Below are positions 1-12,200 of a DNA stretch of 64,000 nt, piece by piece. The stretch's first letter is position 1. Each line of letters opens with the position of its first letter. Where the stretch lies: the NCBI GenBank assembly GCA_965240325.2, contig OZ251222.1, forward strand, positions 2,542,001-2,606,000, given 5' to 3'. The DNA is from Rebecca billardiae RCC1528 (taxonomy: Eukaryota > Protista > Haptophyta). A program made the translations under genes and the position numbers. The notes below the pieces were generated by a model. The model was not told the origin of the DNA and ran no database searches. It saw nothing but the letters and a program-made list of their open reading frames with translations.

Positions 1-2024
1 CTCGCGGCTCGCTTGCATCCAGCGCCGAGCGCGAGAACGCGGACGCCGAGGCCCGGCGCCTCCTCGAAGCCGAGCTGGAGGCGGCCACCGCGCGCGCGGA
101 GGCGACACGCGCCGAGTCGGCAAAGCTGCAGCGGGTGATCGGCGCAGCAGGGTGCACGGTGGAGTGCCTGACGGGTGCGCTGGAGGACGTGGATGCCGAG
201 TACGACCAGCTCTACGGGTGCGCGTGCGCCCCACCGCGACCAGCCTCATCTTCGGCCTGCGCCACGGACTGCTCGCACGGACTGATCTGACCTGACCCGC
301 CGCGCCCCCGCGTGCGCACTCGCCGCGTGCATCGCCACCGCGCACCCCGCAGCGCGCACCGCGACTTCACCGCGGAGGTGGACGCGCTCCGCTGCACCTC
401 CTCCCGCACCGCCGCGCACGAGCGCGGCGCCCTCGCCGAGGCGCAGGCGGAGCTGACCCGGCTTCGGCTTGACGCCTCGGGGCAGCGCGGACGGATTGCC
501 GCGCTGCAGGCCGAGGCGACCAAGCTGAGGGCGCAGCTCGGCGCGGCGGAGACGAAGGCAGCGGACGCGGCGTCGAGCGGGGCGAGCGCCGCGGAGGCCG
601 CGGCCAAGTTCGAGGTGCAGGCGCGCACCGTCGGGGAGGAGCTCACGGCGCTCAAGGCGCAGCTCGCACGCGCGCACGCCGACGGCGACGGCCGAGCGCG
701 CCAGCTCGCTGAGGCGACGAGCTCGCTCGAGCGCGAGCGCGCGTCGCTTGAGGCGCTCGAGCGGCGCGCCGAGCGTGAGGCGCAGGTGCTGCAGGCGAAG
801 CTGGACGACGCGAGCGCCGAGCTCAGCCGGCGCGAGCAGCGCTGCGCGCACCTGCAGCAGCAGCTCGAGGGCGCGCTCGGAGAGGGCAGGGAGGCACGCG
901 CGGCGGTGGAGGCGGCGCGGCGGCACGGCGCGGGCGAGGGCGCTGCACACGCCATCGAGCTCCGAACGCTCGGCGCCGAGCTCGCTGTGCTCGAGACGTC
1001 TTGCGCACGGGTGGACGAGCGCGTCGCGACGCAGGTCGAGCAGGAGAGCGCAAAGGCGGCCGCGGCCACGGCGCGCGCCGAGCACGAGGCGGCGCACAAG
1101 ACGGCGGTGCGGAGCCGCGCGCGCCGGCGCGGCAGCGGCGCGGCGCGTGCCGCAGCTCGGGTGCTCCCACCCTCCGCTCACAGCGCCGTCCGCGCGCCCT
1201 CCGCGTGCTCCGTGCGCCCGCCGCCCGCCCGTGCGCGTGCGCAGGCCCTCGAGAGCCAGCTCGCCAAGACGAGCGCGCAGCTCAAGGTGGCCGAGCGCAA
1301 GCTGGGCGAGGCCACGCACCGGCTGGGCGCGGCGCAGCGGCACGGCACGCAGCTCCGCGCCGCGCAGGAGCAGCTCGCAGAGCTGCGCGCGGCGCTGGAC
1401 AAGAAGACCGCCCTGTGCGAGCGGCTGCTCAAGCGGCAGTCGGCGTTCCATCCCGCCGCACCGAGTGCGCACGCCGACGCCGGGCCGGACGACGACGGCC
1501 GCACGGGGCCGCGAGGGGCGTCGCTCGGCGGCGGCGGCGGCAAGGAGAACGCGCGTTCTGACGGGCTCCCCTCGCCGCGCCTCGCCGAGCAGCCGCGCTC
1601 GGCGCACGCGCGCTCCGGCCCGCTGCGCAGGCCCAACTTTGCGGCACCCTCGAGCTCGACAGCCAAGGGTGCGGCGCCCGCCGCTCGCACGGCCTTCCGC
1701 TCGCGCCCCGCGCTGCGCCCGGGTGGCGCAGCCTCGGCGCCGTCGACGCCCAAGCGGGAGACACGCTCGCCCGCGAGCGCGCGGCCTGCGCCGTCTCCCC
1801 GGCTTGAGGTGAGCACAGGCAATGACTCGCCCTGTCACGGCGGCTCCGAGCAAGACGCGGCGGCGCCCGATCTCGACTGCGCATCCGAGGCCTCCTTGGG
1901 GGCGGCCGGCCCGAGGCCGCGGCGCAAGTCAGGCGTCAAAGTCGTGCCGTCGCGCTACATGGAGTCTGCGCTTGCAGCGAGCAGCAACCGCCGTCGCTCA
2001 TCTGAGGCGGGGCTGGCGGCGTAA
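1..2024 (+). CDS. Long coiled-coil protein, 5' partial, 2 introns (218-352, 1107-1244)
   Basis: Heptad-like A/E/L/R-rich sequence followed by a disordered tail. The GTGCGC/GTGCGG...GCAG introns splice in frame. Stop at 2022-2024. Confidence 0.7.
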
Positions 2025-2354
2025 TTCGTGACGACGAATATTGATACAGCAGCAGTGTCAGCAAGCTGCCGGGCGCGCGCTGCCCTGCGGGCTCAGTAAA
2101 TAAAGCGGTCCCCCGCCGGCCCCGCCCCCGCCCCCGCCCCCCCCCCCTTGGCCCAACGTGAACGGCCCGTTCTTAAACGGGCCCTTCGAGCCCCTCCGGA
2201 GTCCGGGAGTCCGGAGTGGCCGTGGCCCGGCGTGGGCGAGTGGCAACGTGAACCGTCGTGAACGGGCCTTGGCCCTCGAGGTCCCGCGCGCTCGTTATCA
2301 GCTACGACTCTCGTCTGAATGCGACAGATTACGGCCTCAATACAGATAACAGAT

Positions 2355-4248
2355 AGGTGGGCCCACAGCCATTTAAAAATGAAAACACAATCTCTCTGGC
2401 TTTTTCGGACCGCAGCCGTGCTCTTTTTCTCGCGCTGAAGTCCCTTTTTTCCAGGCCGCCAAACTCCCGGTCCGGGAAGCCGGTCGCTCGCGAAAACGAT
2501 GACCGGGATCGACCTGTGCGCGTCGTCAGCGCGTTGTCCGCCGCGCTTGCCCGCCTACCATGCGAGGCACGCTGCGCCGCACGCCCGTGGCATACTGCGT
2601 AGCCCTCTGAAACGAGCCATGCGAACGGTTCATCCCTGGGTCATCTTCCCGGTCCGCCATCTCTCGCCGACAGTCGCGCGTTCAAACACCGGAACAGCTT
2701 TGAGGATTGTAATGCGTGCACAACGCGAGCTTGGGACGCACTCGAATCAACTCGGACACTCCGGAGCGTTACTCGGACAGCATATGCATGGTATCCTGGC
2801 AAGGCCCAGCTACTTCTGTGGCCCTGCGGAGACCCGCCTCGTCGGTCAGGTCCCCGGAAGTCTGCGCGGTGTGACCGAACGCTGTGGCTATTCACATGAT
2901 CGTGGGCACTTGGGGAAGGATCTGATGGTCAAACAGCGGTCAAAGTGGATGCGTGTGCCGTCTGTTACCTCCCCGGCCTCGACTCAACTCTCAGTGCCGA
3001 CGCACCTCAGGTGTTTGGAAGCTACGAGCCCCTTGGAGGGCCTCGAGCCACACGATTGCACGAGGTCGGGCTGCGCGTCAAGCCGGGTAGATCGCAGCTG
3101 ATGCGCTTGTTGAGCCCTGTCGTGGCTCTACGCGTACCTCAAGAGCCCAGCTACTCCCCCCGCGCGGCCGCACAGCAGTCGCCCCGCCTCTGCTTGGTCA
3201 TCCGCTGTGCGCCGTGCTCGCTGCGGACAGTACAGTTGATGCGTTCACCAGTGATTTGAGCCCTTCGTGAGCCTGCCCGAGGACGTTGGTGGCGCCGCCG
3301 ACGCCGGTGCACGGTCAGCAGGCGTTTCAGCTTACCTGCGAGCCATGTCTCGCCCTGCTGCCACGCAGGAAGCGGTGATGAGTGCACATCGCTACGCGCG
3401 CGCGCGCACCACGGCGAGCCAGCTCGGCGCTGCGACGAAGCGGCCGTTGCGCACAGTTAGGCAAAGGACGGTCAAGCTGAGGACAGCTCGGACACAGCTT
3501 GGTCGCAGTGTAGAGCAACGGTTAGGTCGGGGCATGAGAATAGGCGTTCGATGCATAGCAGTGCCTGCCTTGAACGCCACAGATGAGCTCTCGACGAACC
3601 TTGTCCGCCGTGTTTACGCTGCGGGCTGCTGGATGGGCCCGGCGCCGCGTGCACCACTCCTGCTTGCCTTGACCACGGCGGGCGGGCTGGCGCCGCGACT
3701 CGGTGCGGCTCAATCTTTGCCCACGGCTCCTTAAGACTCATCCTTCGAGGGTAGAAGGGTTGGAAAAATTCTTAGGTGTCACATGCACGCCGTACGGCTG
3801 CTACGAGAGCAGTCTGAAACAGTCTGAAATACTATGGCAGCCATGCTGATCAGCATGGCGGTGTATATGTAACGCACGGGTGTAACGGCCGTTATCCCGT
3901 ATTCTCACAGTGCCCATATACGCCGTATATGTGACAATGGGTGTGCATGCTGCTGAAGACCTATGATCAGCTCATCAAAGTGCTATATCAAAGTGACGTC
4001 TATCGACCCTATATATCACGTTTAAGACGCCCGTTACATGGCCGTTACATTGGTCACAGGCCATTTCCAATAAGTAAACAGGACCACCGTTACTCCCTAT
4101 ATTTACAGCATGTACCACTGGTTTTTTAACCAGGCAGGCCAGGGGCCATCTCCTGGGGCTGGAATCCAGCTCGAGACGAAAGTAAACATCGCGCTATGAG
4201 CTCGCGCTCTGCGTCACTATAATCCCACAGTGGCCAGTGGGCCCACCT
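2355..4248. mobile_element. Non-autonomous DNA transposon with TIRs and target-site duplication
   Basis: Termini AGGTGGGCCCAC (2355-2366) and GTGGGCCCACCT (4237-4248), flanked by direct repeat ATAACAGAT (2346-2354 and 4249-4257). Lower-GC interior, no intact transposase ORF, repeated GTAACG/CGTTAC motifs at ~3870-4050. Confidence 0.8.
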
Positions 4249-4435
4249 ATAACAGATTACTCGAATCAGAATACTGATTACCGTCGTACAGTGTTAACGC
4301 CGTGTTATATATCGTCACAGGCTTCAACGCCTATGTATATATATTCCGCCATTGAACAATGAACGACAGCGGTCTCACACCGGCCACCGCCCGTCTCAGC
4401 TCGGACGGCTCCGCGGGCTAGTCATCGCGAGCCTA

Positions 4436-5476
4436 CTAGCCACATGCGTGCGCATCGTGGAAGGTGAAGAGCGGGTCGAGTGTCGCGGTGGCGTCATAGT
4501 GCGCTACTGCGCGCGCGAGGAAGCGGTCGCCGTCGAGTGACTTTCCCTGGCCGCCCAGCTCGGCCGGCAGCGTCGCCGCGTCCAGCTCCTTGAGAAAGGT
4601 CTGGGCCTCCTCGCCCTCGCGCACCATCACGAACTTGTCGCGCGTGTCCTGCGGCACCCACATGGAGAAGATCTTGAACGCCGCCCAGAAGAGGAGGTTC
4701 GGCTTGTAGAACCACACGCGGCGCAGGCTCTCCGGGTAGAAGGTCGTGGCGATCCGCAGCGCCTCCTTGAGCACAGGCATGCCGTCAGGGCACGACTCGT
4801 GCTGCGGCAGGTGCGGGCCGACGCTCGGGCTGGGCGCGACGCGTCGCTTGATGGCGTCGCTGCAGTCTACGCAGCCGTCCGCGTCCCAGTACCGCGCGTG
4901 CTCGTGCGCCTTCATCTCGCCCGCCGGGTAAGCCGACAGGTCGAGGATGTATGACGCACCGCCGCGCGCCGCCTCGAGCACGGCGCGCTCGAGCACAAAG
5001 ATGGCCGCGCGGATGTGCGTGCTCGGGATCATGCGGTCCGCGGGCTTGAAGCCCGGGGCGCGCTCGTCGGACATCAGTGCGATGCGCCCGACGAGCACGG
5101 GCGAGCCCTGCCGATCGCGAAGCCCCATGTCGCCAAAGTACATGGCGGCGCCTGGGTTGGTCTGGTGGTGGAAGAGCAGCCGCGCCATCCCGCGCCGGTG
5201 GAAGTCGACGCAGCGGTAGGCGTGGCGGAACTGGAGGAAGTCGCGCAGGCGCGCCTCGGCCGTCTCGACCGGGGCGGATGACCTCTGGTTGCGCTCGGCT
5301 CGCAGGAAGCGGGCGACCAGCGCGTTGATTTGAGACGGCGCGAGCAGGGGGTCGAGCGCCGCCTCGGCGTATGTCGGCAAGAGCTTCTGAATGAATCGCC
5401 GGCGCAGCTCGTCCAGCTCGTGGTCAGAGTGCTCGTACTCGCTCGCCCGTGCCGGGCCGGGCGCGCCGGGTGCCAT
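4436..5476 (-). CDS. CRAL-TRIO (Sec14-like) lipid-binding protein
   Basis: Motifs RFLRA, DRQGSPVLV, YILDLS, FYPESLRRVWFYKP...FSMWVPQDTRDKFVM and LPAELGG. Confidence 0.85.
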   Translation of the reverse strand: MAPGAPGPARASEYEHSDHELDELRRRFIQKLLPTYAEAALDPLLAPSQINALVARFLRAERNQRSSAPVETAEARLRDFLQFRHAYRCVDFHRRGMARLLFHHQTNPGAAMYFGDMGLRDRQGSPVLVGRIALMSDERAPGFKPADRMIPSTHIRAAIFVLERAVLEAARGGASYILDLSAYPAGEMKAHEHARYWDADGCVDCSDAIKRRVAPSPSVGPHLPQHESCPDGMPVLKEALRIATTFYPESLRRVWFYKPNLLFWAAFKIFSMWVPQDTRDKFVMVREGEEAQTFLKELDAATLPAELGGQGKSLDGDRFLARAVAHYDATATLDPLFTFHDAHACG

Positions 5477-5745
5477 TGCCGCGCGCTGCGCCTCCTCCGC
5501 CCGCGGACGGGGCGTCCACGCTGAGGAAGGGGCGGAGGGATTCCTTATTGCTGACCCTCGGCAACTGTCATATTGGTGAGCGCTCCGGCACGAGTATCCG
5601 GAGCCATCGATCCCTTATCGGGATGACTGGGACTTGGGAGGCGGAGAAGGCGCCGATCGTGACGAACTCGGCGGTGGTCAGGAGCGCGCACCTCTAGCGC
5701 CCTCGCTGGGCGCTCGCCCGCTGCGCCGCTGCAGGCGGCACAGCC

Positions 5746-7473
5746 ATGTTCGCGGTGTGGGCGATCGTGCACGGTGGCCCGGGCGTCTTCGCCACCCACA
5801 AGCGCGTGCTCATCCAGCTGCAGGGCGGATGGCTGATCTTTGGCAAGAAGTCGTACGACTACACGCAGGTGCGCGTATTTGAGGACGACAGCCCGACGAT
5901 GCTGCACATGGAGCTGCGCTCGGGGCAGATGCTCAAGCGGCGCACGATGACGTTCGCGACGCAGCAGGACTGCGAGCGGCTCTACGCCGAGATCAACGCG
6001 TGGCTAGACGCGTATGGCGAGCTCGTGCGCGAGAACAGCGCGGCGGCCACAGCCGACAGCCTCACGGCGCTGGCGAGCAAGTTCCACTCCTCGGATCGGG
6101 AGGGCTCGGAGACGTGGCGCCGCGTGAGCGTGGACGAGGAGGAGGAGCTCTCGCGCGCGATCTTGGCCACGATGACCTTCCTCTGCTCGCGGATCGTGCG
6201 CAGCCCGCTGCTGTGGTCGCTGTTTGTGCTCGCGATGATCTGCGTCGGCCTGGGCATGGTGCAGTCGATGCTGCTCGAGATCGGCACGCGCTCGGGCAGC
6301 AACTGGTTCCCCGCGTCGTGCAAGGTGCGCGGCTTCGTCTTCACCGCGCTCGAGGTGCAGCTCGCCAAGTACGAGAACGCGCACACCAAGGACAAGACGG
6401 GCGTCGAGATGTGGCGCGTGACGGGCGCGTACAACGTGACGGTCAAGCTGAACGACGGCTGCGATGCCATGCCGGACAGCCAGCCCACGGCGCAGGAGAT
6501 GGCGGAGACGGAGCGTGCGGAGGAGGAGGAGGGCTTCTTCATCATGCGAGTCTCTCCTCCGCCCCCTCCCCCGCTCCCCCCGCCGTTCCCCATGCCGCCG
6601 GCCATCCCGCCGTCGCCCCCGGCGCCCCCCCCTTTGGCTCCGCCCGGCTCTGTGGTGGTCACGCGCCCGCCTGCCCACCATCGGCTGCACGTCTCCTTGG
6701 GCACGCGGCACCACCGGCACAAGAGCCCGCCCCCGAAGAGCACGCACCGGAAGAAGGACCGATGCCGCAAGGCGGAGGCGCGCGCCGACGAGCTGCGCGG
6801 GCCGCACGTCGCGTACCTCAAGCTAGTGAACATGCACGACGACTTCTGCTACGGCCCGGTCGGCAGCACGGAGGAGGAGGCGACGGCGTACTGCGCGGAG
6901 ACGTGGGAGGTGTGGTTCCGCCAGCGCTACCCGGTCGGCTCCGAGCCACGCTGCTGGGTGTACGAGAAGCACCTCACCGCGAGCGACGTGCACGTGCAGG
7001 TGGTGCTCACGCGCGGCCTGCCGGCGGTCATCATCTTCTACCTGACGTACTGGGGCGCGGTCGTCCTCGCGTGCATCTGGCTGGCCATTCTCGGCTTGCA
7101 GCGCGTGGCGGAGAGCAGGGGCTGGCTCACCTCCCAGGCCAAGCCCACGCTCATCAGCGCGGAGAGCCAGGACATCCTCAACCTGGCGGGCGGCATGGGC
7201 CTCCCGGGCACGCGGCTGGCCGCTCGGATGGAGCAGGACTACCACGACGACCAGCCGGTGGCGGGCGGCGTCTTCGCCAACGGCGCGCACGACGCGGACT
7301 CGGACGCGGGCTCCAGGCGAAACTCGGGACAGAGCGACGGCAGCTTTGGGCGCGGCTGGATGAGATTCCCGATGACTCGGCGCCGCTCGAAAGAGGTCGA
7401 CCTGGGCGGCGTGACAGTGCGCGTCTCGCCTGAGAAGCTCAAAGGGAATACGGTCCGCGGCGGCATGCTGTGA
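5746..7473 (+). CDS. Two-TM membrane protein with Cys-containing ectodomain, Pro-rich insert and possible N-terminal PH-like domain; paralog of 58200-59753
   Basis: Two hydrophobic helices flank a loop with ASCKV, AYNVTVKLNDGCD, HDDFCYGP and CWVYEKH motifs that recur in the ORF at 58200-59753. Confidence 0.75.
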   Translation: MFAVWAIVHGGPGVFATHKRVLIQLQGGWLIFGKKSYDYTQVRVFEDDSPTMLHMELRSGQMLKRRTMTFATQQDCERLYAEINAWLDAYGELVRENSAAATADSLTALASKFHSSDREGSETWRRVSVDEEEELSRAILATMTFLCSRIVRSPLLWSLFVLAMICVGLGMVQSMLLEIGTRSGSNWFPASCKVRGFVFTALEVQLAKYENAHTKDKTGVEMWRVTGAYNVTVKLNDGCDAMPDSQPTAQEMAETERAEEEEGFFIMRVSPPPPPPLPPPFPMPPAIPPSPPAPPPLAPPGSVVVTRPPAHHRLHVSLGTRHHRHKSPPPKSTHRKKDRCRKAEARADELRGPHVAYLKLVNMHDDFCYGPVGSTEEEATAYCAETWEVWFRQRYPVGSEPRCWVYEKHLTASDVHVQVVLTRGLPAVIIFYLTYWGAVVLACIWLAILGLQRVAESRGWLTSQAKPTLISAESQDILNLAGGMGLPGTRLAARMEQDYHDDQPVAGGVFANGAHDADSDAGSRRNSGQSDGSFGRGWMRFPMTRRRSKEVDLGGVTVRVSPEKLKGNTVRGGML

Positions 7474-9261
7474 GACAGTGAGTGTGAATCATGTCCATAA
7501 CTATAACTATATATATAGCTGCCATTATTCATGAATTGACGGTGCGTCGTCGAGCTTCCGCTCGGCGATGCAGTGATGATGGGCGTCGGACTACTCGTCT
7601 ACTCGAGGCCGCGGGCCCGACTCGTCAGCATTGGCCGGGCCGCCGCGCCGCGGTCGGGGAGTGGATACAGACGGCTCAGGCGAGGAGCGCTGATCCTGCT
7701 TCCTGGTGTTTGTCTCTGCTGCTCGATATCTGCTGCTACAGCTTGCTGACTCTGACGCCTGCCCCGGCCCGTTGCATACCACGTCGCCGTTAATTAATAT
7801 ATATATAATTATAATAATTATAATTATAATAATATAATACCGATCGATCCGGATTTACTCGCGACTTCGAGTACAGTACTGACTCACAATCACATCATTA
7901 CACATGGCCTCATGCAGCAGCGCGCCGAATACTACCGCTAGACCTTAGCTTAATCATATCCGTGATGAGACTATATCCACCCCAGCGCGGCGTCCCGCCG
8001 TCCGTCCCGGCGGCTCCGCGGTCCTCGTACAGTATTGGCAGTGACGAATCCTGGCTGCTGGTCATTGCATTTGCGACTACTTCAGTACTTGTCGGTGCAT
8101 CAGCATCATCATCATCATCGGAGTCATCATCAGCCGAGGAGACCTGGATTGAGTGTGTGTCATATATATATGATGTATATTCAGTTATTTATGGTGCACT
8201 TAATGATGTCATAGCTGCACTGCGTATTACAGTTTACTCAGTCGTAGTTGATGCCGCAAATGAAACGAGCACTCAAGGCGCGGCCGAGGGCCACTTGATA
8301 TGAGCAATGAGCGCAACGCCACGCGCCGCTGTCGGGCCTGGGCGTCGCTAGTGACCGTAAGTGAGGCCCTAATCATCGCCGGCCATACCTACCAAGTACC
8401 ATGTGGCCGAGTAGCCCTCTGCTACGCCTCGATCACGACACGGCCTGTAAGCCACACCGTGAGCAACGCGGCAGCCAGGCCATCGGTTGCCGGTCGTCAT
8501 CACGCGCACTGTTCAAAATATGCGACGAGGGCAGCGCTACTGAGGACGCATCAGCCGCTCGACTCTTCTCTACCAGGGCGGTGCACCCCCCTTTCATTCC
8601 TTTGCACAATCTTTCCTGATTCCTTCCATGGACCCGCCTCTTTTTAAGCTCAGGCAGGCGAGATGGATTGTGCCAAGCTTTACGATCGCAGGTTGGGTGA
8701 GGGTGGTGGTTGGTTGGGGGCTGGCCAGGGTAGGGCTGGAGGCTTCGGCCGCCAGTCTGATCACCCGGAGCCCGTTATAAAGGGGAATTTAAAAGGTGCA
8801 GGCTATGCTCTGCCACCAACGCCGACTTAGTTGATTGAACCCCCTTGCGCCGACTTCGTGTCGACGATCGGGCACTGCCGCCGCCGACGAATCAGGAGAC
8901 CCGCGTCGTCCTACCTGTGTCGTTAAATCATAGAATGAGTACACATTATCGTAATATTCCTATCCACATCCAATAATGGGGGTACTGAAGGTAGCATGCA
9001 TTTATTACGTCGATGTGAGCAGTGCACACACGTCAATGAGTCAATCCATACCCCCGGATGATACCAGTATCATTGCCTTCCCTCGGTACCCCTCTTTTCA
9101 ATAATCATCTCATTCATTACCGAAGCATCACGGGATCAGGGTGCTAGCTCAGATATGATCTTACACGATGCGGGTGCGTAACACTGTACAATCGTTGCCC
9201 CTCCGCCTCCTCGGAGCCCTTCCGACAACCGCTCGTCCCTTGACGACAGCCTTCACCTCAC

Positions 9262-12200
9262 ATGCGCGCTGCGAAAGAGCGCCGGGGCGGCGGCCGCGTG
9301 CTCGCGGCGCTTATGCTCGTGAGTGCGTGCCGTGCGCACCTGGTTGTGCGCGATGGCCACGCGCAATTCGCCGGCCTCGAGCTCGTCGCCGGGCCGATGC
9401 GCTTCTCGCCCGCGCGCTTCAACGTCGTCGCGCCGATGCTCGTTGCGCGGCCGGGCGAGTGGGCGTACGACGCGTGCCCGCCTAGGTACATGGGCGCGCG
9501 CGACCTACGTGGCACGATCGTTGTGCACCTCAGCCCTGCCTTCGAGCGCTGCAGCTACGAGCAGCACGCGCGCGGCGCGGGCGCGCTTGGAGCGCTCGGC
9601 TGGGCCGCGTTCAGCTTCGACGCGACCGCCGGATTGGGGCGCGAGCCGGGCGGTATCCGATACTGGAGCCGCGCGACCGACACGCGCTTCCTGCCCGAGC
9701 CTCCCGCCTTCGACCTCAACCAGCGCGCCGCGCTGCCGCTGATGACGCACCTGCGCGACGGCAGCGGCTCGGTGCGCGTGAGCGTGCAGCCGTCGCACAC
9801 GCCGTGGGACGCGATGTGGGAGCACCCGCTTGCCACGGGCCTCGCCGCCGTGGTCGGCGTGCAGAGCGGGTGCAACGCGCTCTACGCCATTCTCGCCCTC
9901 GCCCGCGTCGTGCGCGACGTGGGCGGCCCCCGCATCGACGTGGCGCAGGCGGCCCTCGTGCTCGAGGCCGCGGCCAACGGTCTGCGCGTCGCCGCCCAGC
10001 TCAACCCGTTCCTCCGGCTGCGCTGGTACGACTACGAGACGGCGCTGAGGCTGCAACTCGCGCCGGAGGTGCTGAGCACGTGCGCGACCGCGCTACTGCT
10101 CATCTTCGTCGCGCAGGCCGCCGCCAACGGCGGCCTCGCCTCGCTGCGCGTGACGCGCCCCGCATACCAGCGCGCGCTGTGCGCGCTCGTGCTCGCGCTG
10201 AGCGGGCTGTCCGCCGCGGCCGAGGTGGCGCGCGCGCTGGGCGCGCGGCTGCTTTGCGCGAACTCGCTGGTGGTCGTGATGGTTGCCGGCGCGATCCTGC
10301 CCCTCGTCGTGGTGGCTTTCGCGCTTCACGCCGACCGCATGATCCGGCGCTCGCTCGCGGACGCGCCCGCGCTGCTCGTGCGCGCGCTGCTGTGGCGCGT
10401 GCGCACCTCGCTGCTGCTCTCGTGCCTCGCGGCTGGCGTGGGCGCCGCGTTCCCGATCGCGTACGTGCGGCCGTGGGCGTGCGTTGGCGCCTTCACCGCG
10501 TACACCGGGCTCTCCAACGCCACCTCGTACTTCCAGATCAGCGCCGTCGTCGGCTCCACGTCCCGCTTCAGCCCGCTGGCCAAGGCGGCGCGCGCGCTCG
10601 GCTCGCTCTGCTCCCCGCGGCTGCGGCGGCTGCTCCGGCCCGCACGAGGCCCGACCTCTCGCGCCGGAGGGTGCGGCGCGGGAGCAAGCTCGGCGCGCGT
10701 CGGGCCAGACGTCCCCCTGGGCGGCGCCACGGGGCACTCTGAGCCCGCCCGCACCCCGCGCTTGTTGAGCCGGACGGCGTCGGGGCGGGCGCGCTTCCCT
10801 GGGGGCGCACTGCGCGTGCAGACGACCGACGCGGCGCTCGGCGCGGGCGACGAGCTGTCGCCGCGCAACGATGAGGGGCATTTGCTCCTGGGCGTTCGGC
10901 TGCGCCATCTCGAGGCGTGGTCTGTCGAGCATGGCGTCACGCCTGACACGACCACCGCCGAGGTTGGTCGCATGGTCGCCGCGCTCACGCGTGAGAGCGG
11001 CCAGTCGCTCGCCGAGGCGCACGCACACCTGCGGCTGCCGGACGGCACCGCCGCGGTGGGCGAGGCCAACCTCTTCGTCAGCCACGCGCAGGCGTGCTCG
11101 TTCCGCCAGCTGCTCAGCGCGGTGCGGCTGCACGCCGCGCTCTGCAACCTCGACGAGCGCTCGCTGTTCCTCTGGCTCGACCTCGCGACCATCCGGCAGC
11201 AGGACGTGCAGGCCGGCATCCGGCACATCGGCGATGTGATCTCGAGGATCGGTAGCATGGTGCTCGTGCTCGACCCGTGGCACTCGGCCGTCTCGCTCGG
11301 ACGGATGTGGTGCCTGTACGAGGTGGTGCAGTGCCGGCTGCACCCGCACGTCGAGCTACAGCTCGCGCTGCCGCCGTCTGAGCTGGGCGACTTCCTCGCC
11401 GCGCTCGACAACGACGCGTCGCGCGTGCTCGAGACGCTCTCGTCCTTCGACTGCCGCACGGCCGCCGCGAGCGTCGCCGACGACTGGCAGCGGATCCACG
11501 AGCTGATCGTCGCCACGTTCGCACCGCCGAGCGAGCGCCCCAGCTCGTCGGTGGGCCGGCGCCGCCTCGACGCCGTGTCCAGCGCGGTCGCAGACGTGCT
11601 GCATCAAGGCAGCTTCCGTGCGTCCGTACCCCCGACGAGCCCTGACGGTGCCGCGCTCGACGAGTTCAACTCCGAGGTGCACAAGGCGCTGCTGCGCGCG
11701 CTCTCGCTCGCAAGCTGGCGCGGCGTCGGGCCGGCGCGCTCGTCGAGGCGGAGCACGCACTCGAGCTCGAAGAATGGGCGACTTTCCATCTCGCCCTCTG
11801 GGTCACGCTCGAGCTCGCCCTCCCCCGCCTCGACTCGCAAATTCCACCCGCTCGGCCTGCGCTCCAACCCCGGCACACCCGCCATCCTACGGCGGCAGCC
11901 GCCGGACGACGCGGGGACGCTGCCGCGCGCCGACGCGAGCCCGCTCGGGTGGGCGCAGCGCGCGATGTCGGCACCGCACGCGTGGGCCGGCGGCAGCGGC
12001 GAGGGCATGGGCGCCTGCACAGCCAGGCCGGGACCACTGGGCGCGGAGCGCTTGCGCTCGATGTCATTGCCTGCGGCGAGCGTCGCCGGCCGTGTGTCGG
12101 CCTTGCCCCTCGCCGCGGAGCCCAGGCGCGGCCAAACGGGCTTTGCCGATGGTTCCGAAGCGCGCTCTGGCGGGCACTGCGAGATGCAGCACGACCTCGG

